From Mustelus asterias (Eukaryota): a DNA stretch of 64,000 nt. The stretch is taken from the NCBI RefSeq assembly GCF_964213995.1, contig NC_135801.1:20398001-20462000 (forward strand), in the 5' to 3' direction. The notes under the pieces are model-generated. The model was not told the origin of the DNA, searched no databases, and worked only from the letters and a program-made list of their open reading frames with translations. Positions within the stretch are counted from its first letter, which is position 1, and each line of letters begins with the position of its first letter. Positions 62,290-64,000 of this stretch are shown here, piece by piece. A program made the position numbers and the translations under genes.

Positions 62290-63504
62290 TATAAGTTGGT
62301 GAGATCCGGTACAGGACTGATAGCGTTTTGTATAAAATGAACAAAGTTTGAGATTCAAGTCACTTACTCAGTGAATACAGCCACAAGATTCCACAGGTTT
62401 TGAACAAATAGAAATAAACTTAACGATACAAAGAAAAGATAAAATAATTTACAATCTTATACAATGAGATTCAGGGTACATGTGAATTAACAAGCAAACT
62501 TTGGTCGAACACCAGCACAATAAATGCCAGATGTTACCAAAATGGATTCCATGGATTTACACATCCATGCATCATTAACATTTTGATTTAACTAATCCCA
62601 CTGAAACTCTGTTTTCTTCATGAGGGATTCCAATCTTCACTTTCGAAGGTCTTGCCTTGGATTTTTCTCCAAATATTGCTCCAACTTCGCTTCAATGATG
62701 GCCCAACTTGCATGGTTTTAATCATCTCCACCGAGATTCTGTTCCCCCTAAATTCCCAAGTACACTCGAGCACCAATTCACAGCACAATTTCAGCTCTTT
62801 AGCCATGCCAAGCAGTGATACGTTTGCCCCAAAGATCCACAGCACAGAGATCTTCGGGTCTTCTCTTGAACCCTCTTCAATTACCAGACTCGGATGGCAT
62901 CAACAACTGCCCACCTCTAAGTTTCAGTCTTGTTTCCTGAATTTCTATTTGTCTGGATTCCTGAATATACATCCAAACATCAAATTACAGAGACAGTTTC
63001 AGATCTTCAAGTACACAGAGCTTAACATTACTGCTCTAAAGAGGTAACTTTGCTCCAGTGGCTGTCTTCATTTACCAGGCCACTTCCTGGGCCCTCTTTA
63101 TTAAGATCTGCTTTCCGCAGCCCTCTCTCAAACTTGGAGCCTGTTTCTCCACTCCTCTCTTTTACCTGAACCTAACTCAGACCTGGCCCCTGTCTTTGTC
63201 CTTTAACTGGGACATCCTTTTGGGTCCTCTCCGTGTCCCCTCTTACCTGTTTGGGACCTCTCCCTTGTCTCCTGTCTGGGACACTTGCGCTCTGCAACCT
63301 GTCACTTCACCTGGATTTTTGCACCCTTCTTCTTTTCTCTTTATGCGCTGGTGTGCAAGGCCTATCCTGGGCCTAAAGAGTGGAAAGATGCAGAACTACA
63401 TATGTGCAGACCACTCCTAGCCGATGCAGAAAGTCCAAGGTCCATTGGGAGATGAAGTTCCCAAGCTCTGAGCTCAAGATTAAGGTAAGCTGAGTTTCAT
63501 AACA
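62290..63504. mobile_element. Possible solo LTR of a Gypsy element
   Basis: Ends TTCATAACA, the reverse complement of TGTTATGAA at 4006; short internal TGGGAC repeats. Left end and TSD not resolved. Confidence 0.35.
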
Positions 63505-64000
63505 ATGATGCAAAGATTTGCCACACAGTGGGCAGAGAATGACGAAGGTCATGCTGTGGCCTGCACTAAGATTACAGCTGAGTGAGAATGTTTACTTCAA
63601 TGAGTGATCCAACATTATTAAATAGAAAATTGTGATAGTTTCCTTTCACAGTGTTAGTAAAGCATTATAAGTCTTTACACCATATCCTTCAACATTGGTC
63701 TATTAGGTACAACATCATGATGGCATCACTGGGACGGAATCTCCCAAAGTCAGAGATATGTACATGGATCATCTATTACAAGGGATGTGGGCTGTGAAAT
63801 CAGTAATGGCTGCTATATTTCAAGAAACCCTGAACACTCGAAAGGATAAATTGGATTTTCCTCGTCCCTATAGTCAAGACACTAGAAGTACAGGTACAGA
63901 TATTTTCTTGAATAAGTTGCAAAGTGTTCTTGAATGTTATATACAGTGTTCAGTGTTGACTGGGCATAACAGGTAAGCTAAGCAAGTTGACAATAAAAGC

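Noticed and set aside
1-64000. CRISPR array, operon or other prokaryotic system
   Set aside because: Spliced vertebrate genes and retroelements throughout; no regularly spaced repeat-spacer array seen.

Overview
Repeat-rich vertebrate genomic DNA. The HE1/V-SINE-like tRNA SINEs, Deu-type SINEs and CR1 families point to a cartilaginous fish, probably a carcharhiniform shark (inference). Two genes lie head-to-head about 18 kb apart. On the minus strand are the first two coding exons (20032-20026, 19902-19825) of a PP2A B55 regulatory subunit, assigned to PPP2R2C by adjacency to MAN2B2; the rest of that gene lies left of the window. On the plus strand are coding exons 1-8 of MAN2B2 (GH38 alpha-mannosidase, 38108-61300, continuing to the right), all with GT-AG boundaries and consistent phases. 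The remainder is mostly CR1, L2 and Rex1/Babar LINE fragments, about 20 SINEs, a decayed Gmr1-type Gypsy element, Harbinger remnants, probable solo LTRs and short palindromic Penelope-type elements. The most notable observations are: (1) three families of palindromic elements carrying minimal hammerhead-ribozyme cores, one with a motif on each arm; (2) a candidate alternative B55 first exon, in phase with its splice donor but broken by one TGA; (3) a B55alpha/delta-type N-terminus on the presumed gamma gene; (4) a 79-bp near-perfect intronic hairpin; (5) an 81-bp local copy inserted with a SINE; (6) one SINE head joined to two different LINE-type tails. I see no clear new multi-gene system. 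Repeat boundaries are approximate and everything was read by eye.
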